This document shows positions 18,734 to 28,393 of a stretch of DNA of 64,000 bases, in pieces. The translations under genes were made by a program, and so were the position numbers. The stretch's first letter is position 1; each line of letters begins with the position of its first letter. The notes below the pieces were generated by a model. That model made no database searches and was not told where the DNA came from. It saw only the letters and a program-made list of their open reading frames with translations. This DNA is from an uncultured Victivallales bacterium (lineage in GTDB: Bacteria > Verrucomicrobiota > Kiritimatiellia > UBA8416 > JABMPJ01): contig CAYFPQ010000002.1 in assembly GCA_964345005.1 (NCBI GenBank), forward strand, positions 48,219-112,218, given 5' to 3'.

Positions 18734-19112
18734 ACGCGTTCGGGAGCAGATCGCCAAGCGTCGTGGTCTCGTAACCATCCGTGTAGCCTGCCCCGGCAAT
18801 GTAGACGGGCAATTCCGGTGTGCAGAATTCTGCCAGCACCTGTCGGCAGGCACCGCAGGGAAACGGGGCGGGGCCGTCATCGGCGACGATGGCGATAGCC
18901 TCGAACTTTACCTGACCTGCTGCTACAGCGGCACCGACGGCAACGCGCTCGGCACAGATGGTAAGTCCGTAGGACGCATTCTCGACATTGCACCCCGTGA
19001 ACACCGTGCCATCCTTGGTTAGCAGAGCGGCGCCCACTTCGTACTTCGAGTAGGGAGCATGCGCATTGTGGCGTGCGGCTGCGGCTGTGGCCAACAAATC
19101 GGCTGGTTTCAT
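18723..19112 (-). CDS. cdd: cytidine deaminase
   Basis: CAER zinc-binding motif (TICAERVAV) and PCGACRQ motif; 129 aa. Confidence 0.9.
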   Translation of the reverse strand: MKPADLLATAAAARHNAHAPYSKYEVGAALLTKDGTVFTGCNVENASYGLTICAERVAVGAAVAAGQVKFEAIAIVADDGPAPFPCGACRQVLAEFCTPELPVYIAGAGYTDGYETTTLGDLLPNAFTL

Positions 19113-20413
19113 GTGATCACCTTTCCAATGAGATCGGGCGGAACGACGGAATATGAGCTGATCCAGAACGCCTGTTCGACGAAAGGTTTGGCCTCTTCGA
19201 TAGCCTCGTAGCTGTTGGCGTGAATGGTGGCCATGCGTTGACCCTCCGACACAGTTTCCCCGATCTTGACGATATCACTGATGCCGACAGCATGATCTAC
19301 AGCATCCTCAACGCGTCGGCGTCCCGCGCCAAGTGCGACGCACGCGCGACCGATGGCGTCTGCGTCGGCACCGGCTACGACACCCTCGGCAGGAGCAGGG
19401 CAGGGCACCTGGTGTGCTGCCGCGGGTAGACGTGAGGGGTCGTCAATCACGGTTGTGTCGCCGTTTTGCAGCGCAACCATCTCCTTGAATTTCTCAAGCG
19501 CGCGTCCGTCGGCCAACACCTCGCCGAGTCGACGGCGGGCGGCGTTCAAGTCGCGTTCCACACCGGTGAGCTGCAGCATGTGGGCGGAGAGCTCGATCGT
19601 GATCTCGACCAGGTCCGGCGGTCCTTCGCCGCGAAGGGTCTCAACGGTCTCGCGGATTTCGAGTGCATTTCCCGCGGTGCGCCCCAGCGGTTGATTCATG
19701 TCTGTCACGATAGCCGCCATGCCTTTACCGGCTTCTTTCCCTATGCTGACCATGGTTTCGGCGAGCTCGGTGGCGAGCTCCGGTGTTTTCATGAACGCCC
19801 CCGATCCCCACTTCACGTCGAGGACGAGTGCGTCCATGCCTTCGGCCAGCTTCTTGGACATGATGCTGGCCGCGATAAGCGGGATGGATGGGACCGTACC
19901 GGTAACGTCGCGCAGCGCATAGAGTTTCTTATCGGCCGGGGCGAGCGAATCGGTCTGTCCGATGATCGAACAGCCGCACTGGTTCAACACGTCCAGGAAG
20001 GCCTCGATCTCCAAATCGGTTCGATAGCCCGGGATTGACTCCAGTTTGTCGAGGGTACCGCCCGTGATTCCGAGGCCGCGGCCCGATAACATGGGAACTG
20101 CTACACCGCAGCAGGCCACGAGCGGGGCGAGGATGAGAGACACCTTGTCGCCAATGCCGCCAGTCGAATGCTTGTCAGCCTTCGGCAGAGCGATACCGCT
20201 CGTGTCAACCAGGTCACCTGACCGCATCATGGCATCCGTCAGCACGGACACCTCGTGGGCGCTCATGCCTTGGAAGTAGATGGCCATGGCCAGGGCGGCC
20301 ATCTGGTAGTCAGGGATATCGCCCTTCGTGTAGCCTTCGATGAACGCACGGATGTCGGCATCTTCCAACGCCTTCCCATCGCGCTTCTGCTCAATAATCC
20401 ATTGCGGAACCAT
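19109..20413 (-). CDS. deoA: thymidine/pyrimidine-nucleoside phosphorylase
   Basis: glycosyl transferase family 3 helical and catalytic domains (KHSTGGIGDKVSL, GRGLGITGGTLDKLESIPG), PYNP C-terminal domain; start at MVPQWI (ORF extension to 20596 overlaps the upstream gene); 4-nt overlap with cdd. Confidence 0.88.
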   Translation of the reverse strand: MVPQWIIEQKRDGKALEDADIRAFIEGYTKGDIPDYQMAALAMAIYFQGMSAHEVSVLTDAMMRSGDLVDTSGIALPKADKHSTGGIGDKVSLILAPLVACCGVAVPMLSGRGLGITGGTLDKLESIPGYRTDLEIEAFLDVLNQCGCSIIGQTDSLAPADKKLYALRDVTGTVPSIPLIAASIMSKKLAEGMDALVLDVKWGSGAFMKTPELATELAETMVSIGKEAGKGMAAIVTDMNQPLGRTAGNALEIRETVETLRGEGPPDLVEITIELSAHMLQLTGVERDLNAARRRLGEVLADGRALEKFKEMVALQNGDTTVIDDPSRLPAAAHQVPCPAPAEGVVAGADADAIGRACVALGAGRRRVEDAVDHAVGISDIVKIGETVSEGQRMATIHANSYEAIEEAKPFVEQAFWISSYSVVPPDLIGKVIT

Positions 20414-20414
20414 A

Positions 20415-21593
20415 TCACTCAAACCATGAGAGAGAGGGACGTTCAAAGAACTCATCCAGCGGGATACCCCCCGACCCGATGACCAGGCATTCCGCCGCAG
20501 GGTACTCGCGGCGGAACGCATCGAGGCCGGAGAGCTTTCCTGGCTGCCCTGACTTAACCTCCATGCCCCATGTTTTCGCGCCGTGCTGAACCACATAATC
20601 CACTTCGCTGCCCGCTTTCCGCCAGTAGGTTAGCTTGTAGGCGGGGCGCGGCAGTCCATTAAGAAGCATCACGCCGACCGCGTTCTCCACGAGACGCCCC
20701 CACCAGGAAGCGTCATCTCGGGCCTCATGGAATCGCTTAGCAGAAGGTGCGCAGATGAGTCCATTGTTCCAGAATACAAGCTTGGGACTACTTCCGCGCT
20801 TACGCTGATGTCCCATGGAGAAAAGCTCTAGCCCAGATAGCAGAAAAGCCTTCTCGAGCAGATGAACGTATCCGGCAAGCGTGGTTGTGTTTCCGGCGTC
20901 GTGCAACTGTCCCAACATTTTGTTGTAGGACAAGATCTGTGCGGGGAAACTGGTGGCGAGACCGAACAGATTGCGAAGCAGCGCAGGTTTGGCGATGGTC
21001 TCCATTTGCAATACATCTTTCGCAATAACAGTTTCGATCAGGGAATCCGAAACATAACGCGACCACTTGGATTCATCCTGCGCAAGAGGTGCGGCACCGG
21101 GGTATCCGCCGAAGTAGATCCATTGATCCAAGTCCCAGGCAAAAGCTTCCCGGCACTCTGGCCAAGACCAATGCGTACAGCGATGTAGAAAGAAACGCCC
21201 TGCCAAGCTTTCAGAGGCCCCACGCTGTAAGAGCAGTGCGGAAGAGCCCAGCAGGATGGGGCGAACGGAGCCGCCGGATCTACACTCCTCGTCCCACAAG
21301 CGTTTAACGGTCTCACTCCACCCATGCACTTTCTGAACTTCATCGAGAACAAGTAGCACCTTTGAGCCATCTAGTCCGCGTGCTCGGTTCCAGTGGGTTT
21401 CAATCCACTCAGGCCCAGGTGGCGGTGCAAGGTCTGCCGCCTCGAAGACACTCGGCCATCCCAGTTTCTCAACCACCTGTTCTGCTGCTGTGGTTTTGCC
21501 TACCTGCCTTGGTCCAGCTACGATCTGGATGAGCGCTCGTTCATTTTCCAGTAGATCGATCAGCTCCGAGACCAATTTCCGCTCAATTCTCAT
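20415..21593 (-). CDS. AAA+ ATPase, DUF4143-family (archaeal-ATPase-like)
   Basis: Walker A GPRQVGKTT near N-terminus, Walker B LVLDEVQ, C-terminal DUF4143-like region; first gene of the lower-GC segment. Confidence 0.75.
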   Translation of the reverse strand: MRIERKLVSELIDLLENERALIQIVAGPRQVGKTTAAEQVVEKLGWPSVFEAADLAPPPGPEWIETHWNRARGLDGSKVLLVLDEVQKVHGWSETVKRLWDEECRSGGSVRPILLGSSALLLQRGASESLAGRFFLHRCTHWSWPECREAFAWDLDQWIYFGGYPGAAPLAQDESKWSRYVSDSLIETVIAKDVLQMETIAKPALLRNLFGLATSFPAQILSYNKMLGQLHDAGNTTTLAGYVHLLEKAFLLSGLELFSMGHQRKRGSSPKLVFWNNGLICAPSAKRFHEARDDASWWGRLVENAVGVMLLNGLPRPAYKLTYWRKAGSEVDYVVQHGAKTWGMEVKSGQPGKLSGLDAFRREYPAAECLVIGSGGIPLDEFFERPSLSWFE

Positions 21594-21657
21594 GACCGGT
21601 GACTCTAACCTGAATACACTTCGATGTCAATATTGCTCAATGATTGAGAAATATTAC

Positions 21658-22311
21658 TCAATGACTAAGCAACAGCTTCCTTCCTGCACGTCGTCGGCCA
21701 TGTTCGTCAAAGTGCCGCGACAGGTGGAATTCCGTGATTCCGATGTTGGCAAACAGAGAGATCATAAGAACTCCGACCGATGAAGCCAGCGAGAGAGATG
21801 CTCTCATTGTGATGCAGCTTATGGCCTGATAGATGATCGTGATCAGGGCGGCAGCAATCATGGCATTTGCGCTGAACCGTTGGGCTTCGTCCCATACTTC
21901 CTGACTCTGCATGGAGATGTGCGTTCGGTGTCCGTATGACCCATTGATCTCGGCCGGTAGGTGCGTGCGCACATACAGACCGAACCCGAGCAAAAGCGGT
22001 CCCATGAACAAATGAAACAGTAGCAGTCCTTTGGGGTCTTTCTTCGGCGAGGTCGCGCTACGTTCCCCCCAACGCCATTTCGGCTTTTCCCCCTTCCACC
22101 AGCATATCGCAATGAGAGCCATCGAGAGAATGCCGGTGTAGATCAGGTACGCGGCCATCTGCTGGTCCGGTTTGAATACGAAGATGCCGCCTGTCACGAG
22201 AACCATGTAGCCGACAAATATCGCCCAGCCCTGCCAACAGACCGGGAGATCCCAGCCATACCCGAATCGTTTCGCTGGAAACCAATACTTGGAATCGCCC
22301 TTTCTACTCAT
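21658..22311 (-). CDS. integral membrane protein (SdpI/DUF1648-like C-terminal architecture)
   Basis: KYWFPAKRFGYGWDLPVCWQGW followed by several TM helices; start trimmed from ORF start 22368 to MSRKGD to limit overlap with the upstream gene. Confidence 0.5.
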   Translation of the reverse strand: MSRKGDSKYWFPAKRFGYGWDLPVCWQGWAIFVGYMVLVTGGIFVFKPDQQMAAYLIYTGILSMALIAICWWKGEKPKWRWGERSATSPKKDPKGLLLFHLFMGPLLLGFGLYVRTHLPAEINGSYGHRTHISMQSQEVWDEAQRFSANAMIAAALITIIYQAISCITMRASLSLASSVGVLMISLFANIGITEFHLSRHFDEHGRRRAGRKLLLSH

Positions 22312-22834
22312 GACCGCCTCCATGCTCCATGACCCCCAGCCCGACGAGGATCTGCCTTGCTTGTCCAACTTCGTTTTCGGGAACCATTACAGCCATACCC
22401 CCTGCACCCAAACTGACCCCACCGAACCGGGCAGAGCACGCCACCTCGTTGTTCACGTAGCAGTTGATATTGGCCTGCTCCAATGCATCTCGAATCATCC
22501 CGGCTTGTATAGGGCTGCCGGGCTGCCAGATTGAAACGAACGTGGACTTCACCTCCTTGTTGTCCACTTCTTCAGTTCCGACTGTAGCCGCATCAGAGTG
22601 CTTCCAAACCTTTGGTTTTCTCTCCAGAATCGTCATGAAGTCCGACATGGCCCAGAGAAGGTAAAGCAGACCGGCGGCCAGGAAGCATACGAGGCGGATC
22701 CGTGCGTCGTCGAGAATCGGAGAACCAGAATCGACCAGGAACTCACCGAGTATCCCGAGAACGACCAATGTTGCTGCTCCCGCCAACGCAAGTGCCCTGA
22801 CGAGTGGATGTCGCCGTTTCTTCCTATGTCTCAC
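22304..22834 (-). CDS. membrane protein with C-terminal DUF2007 (putative signal-transducing) domain
   Basis: three predicted TM helices, then SPIQAGMIRDALEQANINCYVNNE...GGMAVMVPENEVGQARQIL, paralogous to stand-alone DUF2007 at 24914..25180. Confidence 0.6.
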   Translation of the reverse strand: MRHRKKRRHPLVRALALAGAATLVVLGILGEFLVDSGSPILDDARIRLVCFLAAGLLYLLWAMSDFMTILERKPKVWKHSDAATVGTEEVDNKEVKSTFVSIWQPGSPIQAGMIRDALEQANINCYVNNEVACSARFGGVSLGAGGMAVMVPENEVGQARQILVGLGVMEHGGGHE

Positions 22835-23310
22835 TCGCCGTCCCTGCTCGGAGATGTTCTGCTGGTCTTGGGTTGCCTCGATATAGTGATGGTCCGATCA
22901 TCCGCGTGGTACACGAGACCGCCCAGTGCGACTGTCAGTCTCAGAACTCGCAGTACGGTCATGTCCTTACCCCTAAAGGTGATCACAGGCCAGGTCCTGG
23001 GGTTTCTCTCGACGTCGCAGGCGATCCGCGCCCGCGTGAAACCGGACGCATCGCCGCTGGCTTCGTACTGTGTGATCGCTTGGTCGAGAAACTCGGCTAC
23101 GTCGTGTATGTTGGCACCGCGGAAGTTAACCTCCGGAATGATGATTGCGTCGAGTTGCTTCTCAATGTCAGATAGTCGAGGAGAACCGAAGTTAACATTT
23201 CCCGTGACGGGATCCAGCCGCGGAATAACCGTGTGTCTGTCGGCCGTGCTACAGCTGGCAGCACAAAGGCACACAAACACGAAACTCATGACTGCCCGGA
23301 CACTGTCCAT
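22831..23310 (-). CDS. lipoprotein, hypothetical
   Basis: lipobox LCAASCS after signal peptide; 4-nt overlap with downstream gene. Confidence 0.55.
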   Translation of the reverse strand: MDSVRAVMSFVFVCLCAASCSTADRHTVIPRLDPVTGNVNFGSPRLSDIEKQLDAIIIPEVNFRGANIHDVAEFLDQAITQYEASGDASGFTRARIACDVERNPRTWPVITFRGKDMTVLRVLRLTVALGGLVYHADDRTITISRQPKTSRTSPSRDGE

Positions 23311-23411
23311 GGTTTACCTCCTCTTGTTCCGGCCCGCCAAAATGACGTAGAATCCTACTGTAGCCAGAGGTGCAGTGCACTTTGCAGTTAGCCGATGACG
23401 TGGATTGTGCA

Positions 23412-23624
23412 TCATTTCCCGACTCGATTGATATAAGCGATATAGGCAAACTCGATGCCGCCGAACAGTATCCATGCGAGTATACCTGTGAGGATACCCT
23501 CCTGAGGTCCGCGTGCAATGCCGACTGTAACGCCCGCCACAATGCCGAGGGTCACGATGCAGTAAGCCAGGAACTTGGTCATGAGTGTTTTCCTTCTGCT
23601 GTTCTCAAAGACAGAAGATTGCAA
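23412..23624 (-). CDS. small hydrophobic membrane protein, hypothetical
   Basis: 70-aa ORF with two predicted TM helices; no homology recognised; could start at MTKFLAY (23582). Confidence 0.35.
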   Translation of the reverse strand: MQSSVFENSRRKTLMTKFLAYCIVTLGIVAGVTVGIARGPQEGILTGILAWILFGGIEFAYIAYINRVGK

Positions 23625-23645
23625 ATGGGCAAGGATATGGCTCGG

Positions 23646-24173
23646 CTATTCGACCATATCTTTCATTTGCAGAGTGTCTGTCTTATGGCTGAACTTCTTG
23701 TAGACGATAACGCACCATGCGGTGGTGATGGCTAGATATGCTCCTATACTGATCCAGAAATGGTCCAGCTTGGCTGCATTGCCCAAGTGCACTTGGAATG
23801 ATTGGTGAAAGATGTCGAGTAAGAGAATCATCGTGAAAGAACCCATCCAAAGGAACAGAGGGAGCATATAATTTAGGGTTTTCTGACGCCGTTCCGGTGC
23901 CAGCCAGTAGTTCTTGTTCGGAAGGTTGATTGCCGAATCGGGGATCTTTGGCATGAGAAGGCCAAGTCCAAGGAAGGCCAGTGCCATAATACCTATGGTG
24001 GCAAGGTAGACTATTAAGAACTGGATCTTGTGCCCCCATGCATCAGGTTTCCCCGTGGTGTCAAAGTGGTGGGCAACCTGTTCTGGCAGGCGGGGGTAGT
24101 ACCACAGCGCGTGAGCGATGCAGATGACACAAAGCAGCACAAATACCATGATCACGGTCGTTCGCTTGTTCAT
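23646..24173 (-). CDS. DUF1648-domain membrane protein (SdpI-related)
   Basis: YPRLPEQVAHHFDTTGKPDAWGHK matches the DUF1648 N-terminal motif; four TM helices. Confidence 0.65.
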   Translation of the reverse strand: MNKRTTVIMVFVLLCVICIAHALWYYPRLPEQVAHHFDTTGKPDAWGHKIQFLIVYLATIGIMALAFLGLGLLMPKIPDSAINLPNKNYWLAPERRQKTLNYMLPLFLWMGSFTMILLLDIFHQSFQVHLGNAAKLDHFWISIGAYLAITTAWCVIVYKKFSHKTDTLQMKDMVE

Positions 24174-24395
24174 ATGTTGCTTTCCAATTTTGATATTACA
24201 GAATCACCGACGGTAAGAGCTGTGGCGAACAGGAAGAGTGTATGTATTGCTCTCATCTCATAACTCTCCGTCCTCCAGAGGCTTGGCGATCTGGGCCGGT
24301 GTGCGTACAGTGCGGCATAATCGCGGGGCAATGCTCGTGCAGGTTTACTCATGTTTCGGTTTCTTTTGATCTGTGGGCCACGGTCTTGCGGGCAT

Positions 24396-24917
24396 TCACT
24401 GCTTCAACGGACTGCTCAGCAGGCGAATGTCATCGATCCAGATCGTACCGGTTCCTTCGATGACGACGTTGAGCTTGATGTTGTCCGGGTTCTGGCCCTC
24501 TTGAAGAAAGAACGGCGTCTCTTCCGTCGTCCACTCCACATTACCTGTCACAGGTGTTTGCATGTCGCGTGAGAAGAACTCTCCCATCCCGTCGAGACAA
24601 CACCACATCTCCAGGTAAGCCTTGCCTTGGAATTCGCTGGTCCGAAGTTTCGCGCGGTACGTCAAACGCGCGTTCTCGACGTCGACATCGCCGGTTTCGT
24701 ATAGCCGGACGGTCATAGGTTTGTCGGCAACGATCTTGAGCGAACCATTTCCGTCACTGCTGACACTTGCATCCAGCACACCCGCATCCCGGGCAATGAT
24801 GCCATCCAGATTCACAACCGGATAGGCCTTTACCGTCGTTACCGGTCCGGGCATCCTCGAACACCCGTTCAGAATGGCCGCACCCGTTACAATCGCCAGA
24901 ATCGCAAACTTCTTCAC
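24396..24917 (-). CDS. lipoprotein, hypothetical (GTG start)
   Basis: signal peptide + lipobox ILNGCS; start codon is GTG in sequence (gtgaagaagttt), overlapping the upstream stop by 4 nt. Confidence 0.55.
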   Translation of the reverse strand: MKKFAILAIVTGAAILNGCSRMPGPVTTVKAYPVVNLDGIIARDAGVLDASVSSDGNGSLKIVADKPMTVRLYETGDVDVENARLTYRAKLRTSEFQGKAYLEMWCCLDGMGEFFSRDMQTPVTGNVEWTTEETPFFLQEGQNPDNIKLNVVIEGTGTIWIDDIRLLSSPLKQ

Positions 24918-25180
24918 AAGGCCTCCTCCATGGGTTCATTTCCCAAACTATCTATCCCCAGTCCCGCAACAATATCCCGCGCTGTATCCGCCTGCTCCTC
25001 CGGCACCATTACCTGCATGGTACCGACGCCCAACCCCATGCCACCACCAAGGCGAACGGTGGCGAAGTTCTCGTTGTTGATATAGCAGTGTATCTCCGCG
25101 TTTTCCAATGCCCCCCGAATCATCCCCGCCTGGATAGAATCGCGAGGCTCGCAGATGGAAACGAATTTGCGGTCACTCAT
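24914..25180 (-). CDS. DUF2007-domain protein (stand-alone)
   Basis: DSIQAGMIRGALENAEIHCYINNE...GTMQVMVPEEQADTARDIV, same domain as C-terminus of 22304..22834; start ATG overlaps upstream stop (TGATG). Confidence 0.65.
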   Translation of the reverse strand: MSDRKFVSICEPRDSIQAGMIRGALENAEIHCYINNENFATVRLGGGMGLGVGTMQVMVPEEQADTARDIVAGLGIDSLGNEPMEEAL

Positions 25181-26211
25181 CAGGTGTCCTCTCGTTCCAG
25201 CAGCTTGGCAATTTCCGTGGGTGTTGGCAATTGACCTTTGAGATCTTTGGGCAGGCGCTTGACGATGCGGTAGGTGGCAACACCGATAGGCTTGCTTGAT
25301 TCGTACAAGGCGTATTCGACAACGGTTCGCTTCTTCTCTTTGCAGAGGATGATCCCAATGGACCGGTTCTCCCCCTTCTCGCGAACCTGACGGTCAAGAG
25401 ATGTCAGATAGAACTGCATCTTGCCGACGAACTCCGGTTCGAATTCGCCGACCTTCAATTCGACTGCAACCAGACTGCGCAGTCGCCGGTGATACAGCAA
25501 CAGGTCGATGAAGTATTCTTTCCCCTCCACCTCCAAACGGAACTGGCTTCCCACGAACGCAAACAGACCGCCCATCTCGCGCAGGAAATGCTCGATGCGG
25601 CCAACCAGCGCGCGTTCGAGTTCCCGCTCGGCATGTTCTTCTCCCAGTTCCAGAAAATCGAACGTGTACTCGTCCTTGACGGCAAGCTTGGCTTGGGCAC
25701 GGAGTTTGGGCGTAAGCGCCTTATTGAAGTTGGTTTGGCCGAGAAGGGTCTTCTCGTAACTCTGGTTTTCGATCTGGTGCATGAGCACGTTCTTGGTCCA
25801 GCCGAATTTCCGGGTCATTCGGATGTAGAACTCGCGCTCCTGCGTGTCCTTGCAGCGCTGGAGGATGATCAGGTTATGCGTCCACCCGATTTGTGCAACC
25901 AATGGTTGCACTTTTGGCAGGCCGGCATAGGCGACGTAGAATTCGCGCATATAGAAGATATTGCGCCTCGAGAAACCTGAGACGCCAGGGAACTCTATCC
26001 GTAAGTCGGCGGCCAGTTGCTCGGCCACGGCTTGACCGTGCTTTGAATCCATTTTCCGTTCAACAATGATCCGTCCGATATCCCAATAGAGCGACACCAA
26101 CTCCTTGTTGACTGCCCGAAGCGCCTTGTACTGTGCGGATCGGACGCGTTCCTTCACTTCCGCTAACAGCACAGCGTACTCGCGGGGTAATTTCTGTGAT
26201 GGTTTGCTCAT
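25180..26211 (-). CDS. DUF1016 / YhcG-family PDDEXK nuclease
   Basis: YhcG-like N-terminal helical domain and C-terminal PD-(D/E)xK-like core (EYFIDLLLYHRRLRSLVAVELKVGEF); start at MSKPSQ gives ATGA overlap with upstream gene. Confidence 0.7.
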   Translation of the reverse strand: MSKPSQKLPREYAVLLAEVKERVRSAQYKALRAVNKELVSLYWDIGRIIVERKMDSKHGQAVAEQLAADLRIEFPGVSGFSRRNIFYMREFYVAYAGLPKVQPLVAQIGWTHNLIILQRCKDTQEREFYIRMTRKFGWTKNVLMHQIENQSYEKTLLGQTNFNKALTPKLRAQAKLAVKDEYTFDFLELGEEHAERELERALVGRIEHFLREMGGLFAFVGSQFRLEVEGKEYFIDLLLYHRRLRSLVAVELKVGEFEPEFVGKMQFYLTSLDRQVREKGENRSIGIILCKEKKRTVVEYALYESSKPIGVATYRIVKRLPKDLKGQLPTPTEIAKLLEREDT

Positions 26212-26909
26212 GTTTTCATCTCTCTGCTCCTCAGAAACTTTGCCCAGAATACCCCAAGCCATAAGAGCGTAAGAGCGGGTATGCCTATCACGATCACGTA
26301 CGTCAGAGTCTTTGGGGCTGGTTTATCCGGCGTCAGGCTATCCAGGCAAATGGTATGATGAACAAGCAGCAGGATGCCGACGACGCCCACACCCAACCAT
26401 CCCGTCCACCACTGTACGAAACGCATGGTCTCCGCATTACCTTCCAGTTGGAGAGATATATCCCACATGCCGGATACGGCTGCCTGATCAATGACTTGAA
26501 AGAGCACAGCAGAAGTAAGATTGGATGCGCAGACGATATGAGCCTTGCACGGCCCTATGGTCCGTTTGCGCTTCTCCGTCAGCTCATTATTCAACACGGA
26601 AATGCTACAGAGGGAACCATCCATGGTGCAGAGCTCATCTATGTCGATAGCAACCTGCACACATTTTGATCCATGCCTATCAGGATCAGGTTCGGGGGTG
26701 CAAAGCGTGACGATGTTTCCTGTGGTCGTGTACTGAAGCTTCCCGAGCTTTGCCGTCAGCTTCACGGCGTATAGCAGAGGCATCTTGTGGCAAGCAAACG
26801 TGATGAGCGGGGCATTCGGGCTGAGGTGTGCCCTGTCGACTCTGATACGGACCCGACTCTCGTCATGCTTCTCCGGACCGGTGCCATACTTCGGTACGCC
26901 CCAATACAC
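26208..26909 (-). CDS. hypothetical protein, about 150-aa soluble N-terminal domain + 2 C-terminal TM helices
   Basis: no recognisable domain; Cys-rich N-terminal part; translationally coupled (ATGA) to the nuclease gene. Confidence 0.5.
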   Translation of the reverse strand: MYWGVPKYGTGPEKHDESRVRIRVDRAHLSPNAPLITFACHKMPLLYAVKLTAKLGKLQYTTTGNIVTLCTPEPDPDRHGSKCVQVAIDIDELCTMDGSLCSISVLNNELTEKRKRTIGPCKAHIVCASNLTSAVLFQVIDQAAVSGMWDISLQLEGNAETMRFVQWWTGWLGVGVVGILLLVHHTICLDSLTPDKPAPKTLTYVIVIGIPALTLLWLGVFWAKFLRSREMKT

Positions 26910-26918
26910 AGAGCAATA

Positions 26919-27536
26919 CTAAGCAGCATCTTGTTCACTTCTGTCTCCTGATCTTACGAAAGCTCTGTCGATTACGACTGTCCCCGCGATGAAATCGTGG
27001 ATTGCGCGCTTTCGCGCATTGAATAGAAGCACGACTACTTCGCTCCAGATCCAAACTTGGTGAAAGATGCCGACAGATCCGAACCACGCAGGGGCATGTT
27101 CGTTCACAAGTTGAGCGCGCTCAACCCATCCCAAGGTCACGTAGCGGTCCGGATCAACTTGAGTCAGCCCCCATACCTCGACAAGTAGCATGATGAAGGC
27201 AAAGACGAGATCAACAGCGGACCGTTTCCATGCTTCGGCCCAGCCAATTCGCGATCCGTCGGGTCTTGTTATGCGTATACCGACTGCGAGTTTGCCCAGC
27301 GTCCCGCCGAAACGGGCGTTGAAAAAGACGTTATACATTGCGAACAACACATAGGAGGGGATTGTCACAATGATCGCGAGTGCTCTGTCCAACCCCTCAA
27401 GCCAGATGAAGAAAGAGGTGAAAGGGAGCAGAATCAACGTATCGGCAAGACCTGCAACGAGTCGCGGCCAGAATCCGGCATACACCTTGTGACCACTCGA
27501 TTTCGCTCTGACCGGCAGAAACTCCTTGTCTCGCAT
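26919..27536 (-). CDS. RDD-family membrane protein
   Basis: TM helices and C-terminal RAIHDFIAGTVVI (RDD signature). Confidence 0.7.
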   Translation of the reverse strand: MRDKEFLPVRAKSSGHKVYAGFWPRLVAGLADTLILLPFTSFFIWLEGLDRALAIIVTIPSYVLFAMYNVFFNARFGGTLGKLAVGIRITRPDGSRIGWAEAWKRSAVDLVFAFIMLLVEVWGLTQVDPDRYVTLGWVERAQLVNEHAPAWFGSVGIFHQVWIWSEVVVLLFNARKRAIHDFIAGTVVIDRAFVRSGDRSEQDAA

Positions 27537-27545
27537 ACCTGCTTT

Positions 27546-28319
27546 CTACTTGATGTAGTAGCCCGACACGCGCCACGTGCCGTCTTTGTCCAGCATGAAG
27601 GTGACGGTTTCGGTGGCGGTCTTCTTGTTCTCGAACGAGGTGTCGAATTGGATGACGACGTAGTCGCCGTCTGGAGCGCCGGGAATCGAGGTCTTGTGTT
27701 CGCTGCTCTTGACTTTGCGGGAGACGACGCTTCCCAATGGCTTGCGTACGCCATCCAGTGCTTGCGACCACTGCGTGGCCGGAAGGGCGCTCTTGAATAG
27801 GGTGGCGGCGTTACTCCAGCTCTTGGCATATTGTCCGGAGTCGATGGTTGCCAGCCACTGTTTGGCGGCGCTGATGGCGGCATCATTTTCTTCGCCGCCG
27901 GCCTTGGCTGTCTCGAAGGCGAGCAGGTAGGGAACGGCCGAGGCGTGGTTGGTGTCTTTGAAGTTGGTGTTCTTCTGTGTATTGATCCAGAGCGCGTAGG
28001 TCTTGCCGGGTTGGAGCTTCACAGGGAGGATACAGGTTCGCTTGTCGTCCAGATAGCGGATGCCATTCTTGTCCGTGACTTCCGGGAAGGTGTCGCGTGA
28101 TTGGAAGCACCACGACCACATCCGGTCCGTCATCATGTCCTTGCTAAACGTTACGCGGATCTCGCTCAGCGACGGGTCCACGCTTGTATCACCCGCCGTT
28201 GGCACGGTCTTCACCACAACAGGCGGAAGCGTCGCTACGCTCGTTCCCCCCGCGTTCGCCGACACAATGCCCAGGAGCATCGTGACACCCATGACTGCAA
28301 CCAGAATTCTGCTCCTCAT
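27546..28319 (-). CDS. secreted protein, Ig-like N-terminal domain + DUF4019-like C-terminal domain
   Basis: signal peptide; PPVVVKTVPTAGDTSVDPSLSEIRVTFSKDM resembles SbsA-type Ig-like domain; C-terminus AAKQWLATIDSGQYAKSWSNAATLFKSALPATQWSQAL resembles DUF4019. Confidence 0.55.
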   Translation of the reverse strand: MRSRILVAVMGVTMLLGIVSANAGGTSVATLPPVVVKTVPTAGDTSVDPSLSEIRVTFSKDMMTDRMWSWCFQSRDTFPEVTDKNGIRYLDDKRTCILPVKLQPGKTYALWINTQKNTNFKDTNHASAVPYLLAFETAKAGGEENDAAISAAKQWLATIDSGQYAKSWSNAATLFKSALPATQWSQALDGVRKPLGSVVSRKVKSSEHKTSIPGAPDGDYVVIQFDTSFENKKTATETVTFMLDKDGTWRVSGYYIK

Positions 28320-28393
28320 CGCTTCCTCCCATTCAACGGCTCAAACGGCACTGGGCGGAAGAGATAGGCGATCCGGCTCTACAGGCGGTAACC

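Noticed and set aside
20413-20596. N-terminal ORF extensions (deoA to 20596, mutY from 16219, GATase from 37923, RluD-like from 45816, DUF2851 to 55902)
   Set aside because: Extensions overlap neighbouring genes, lack homology and precede the conserved family N-termini; internal Met starts chosen instead
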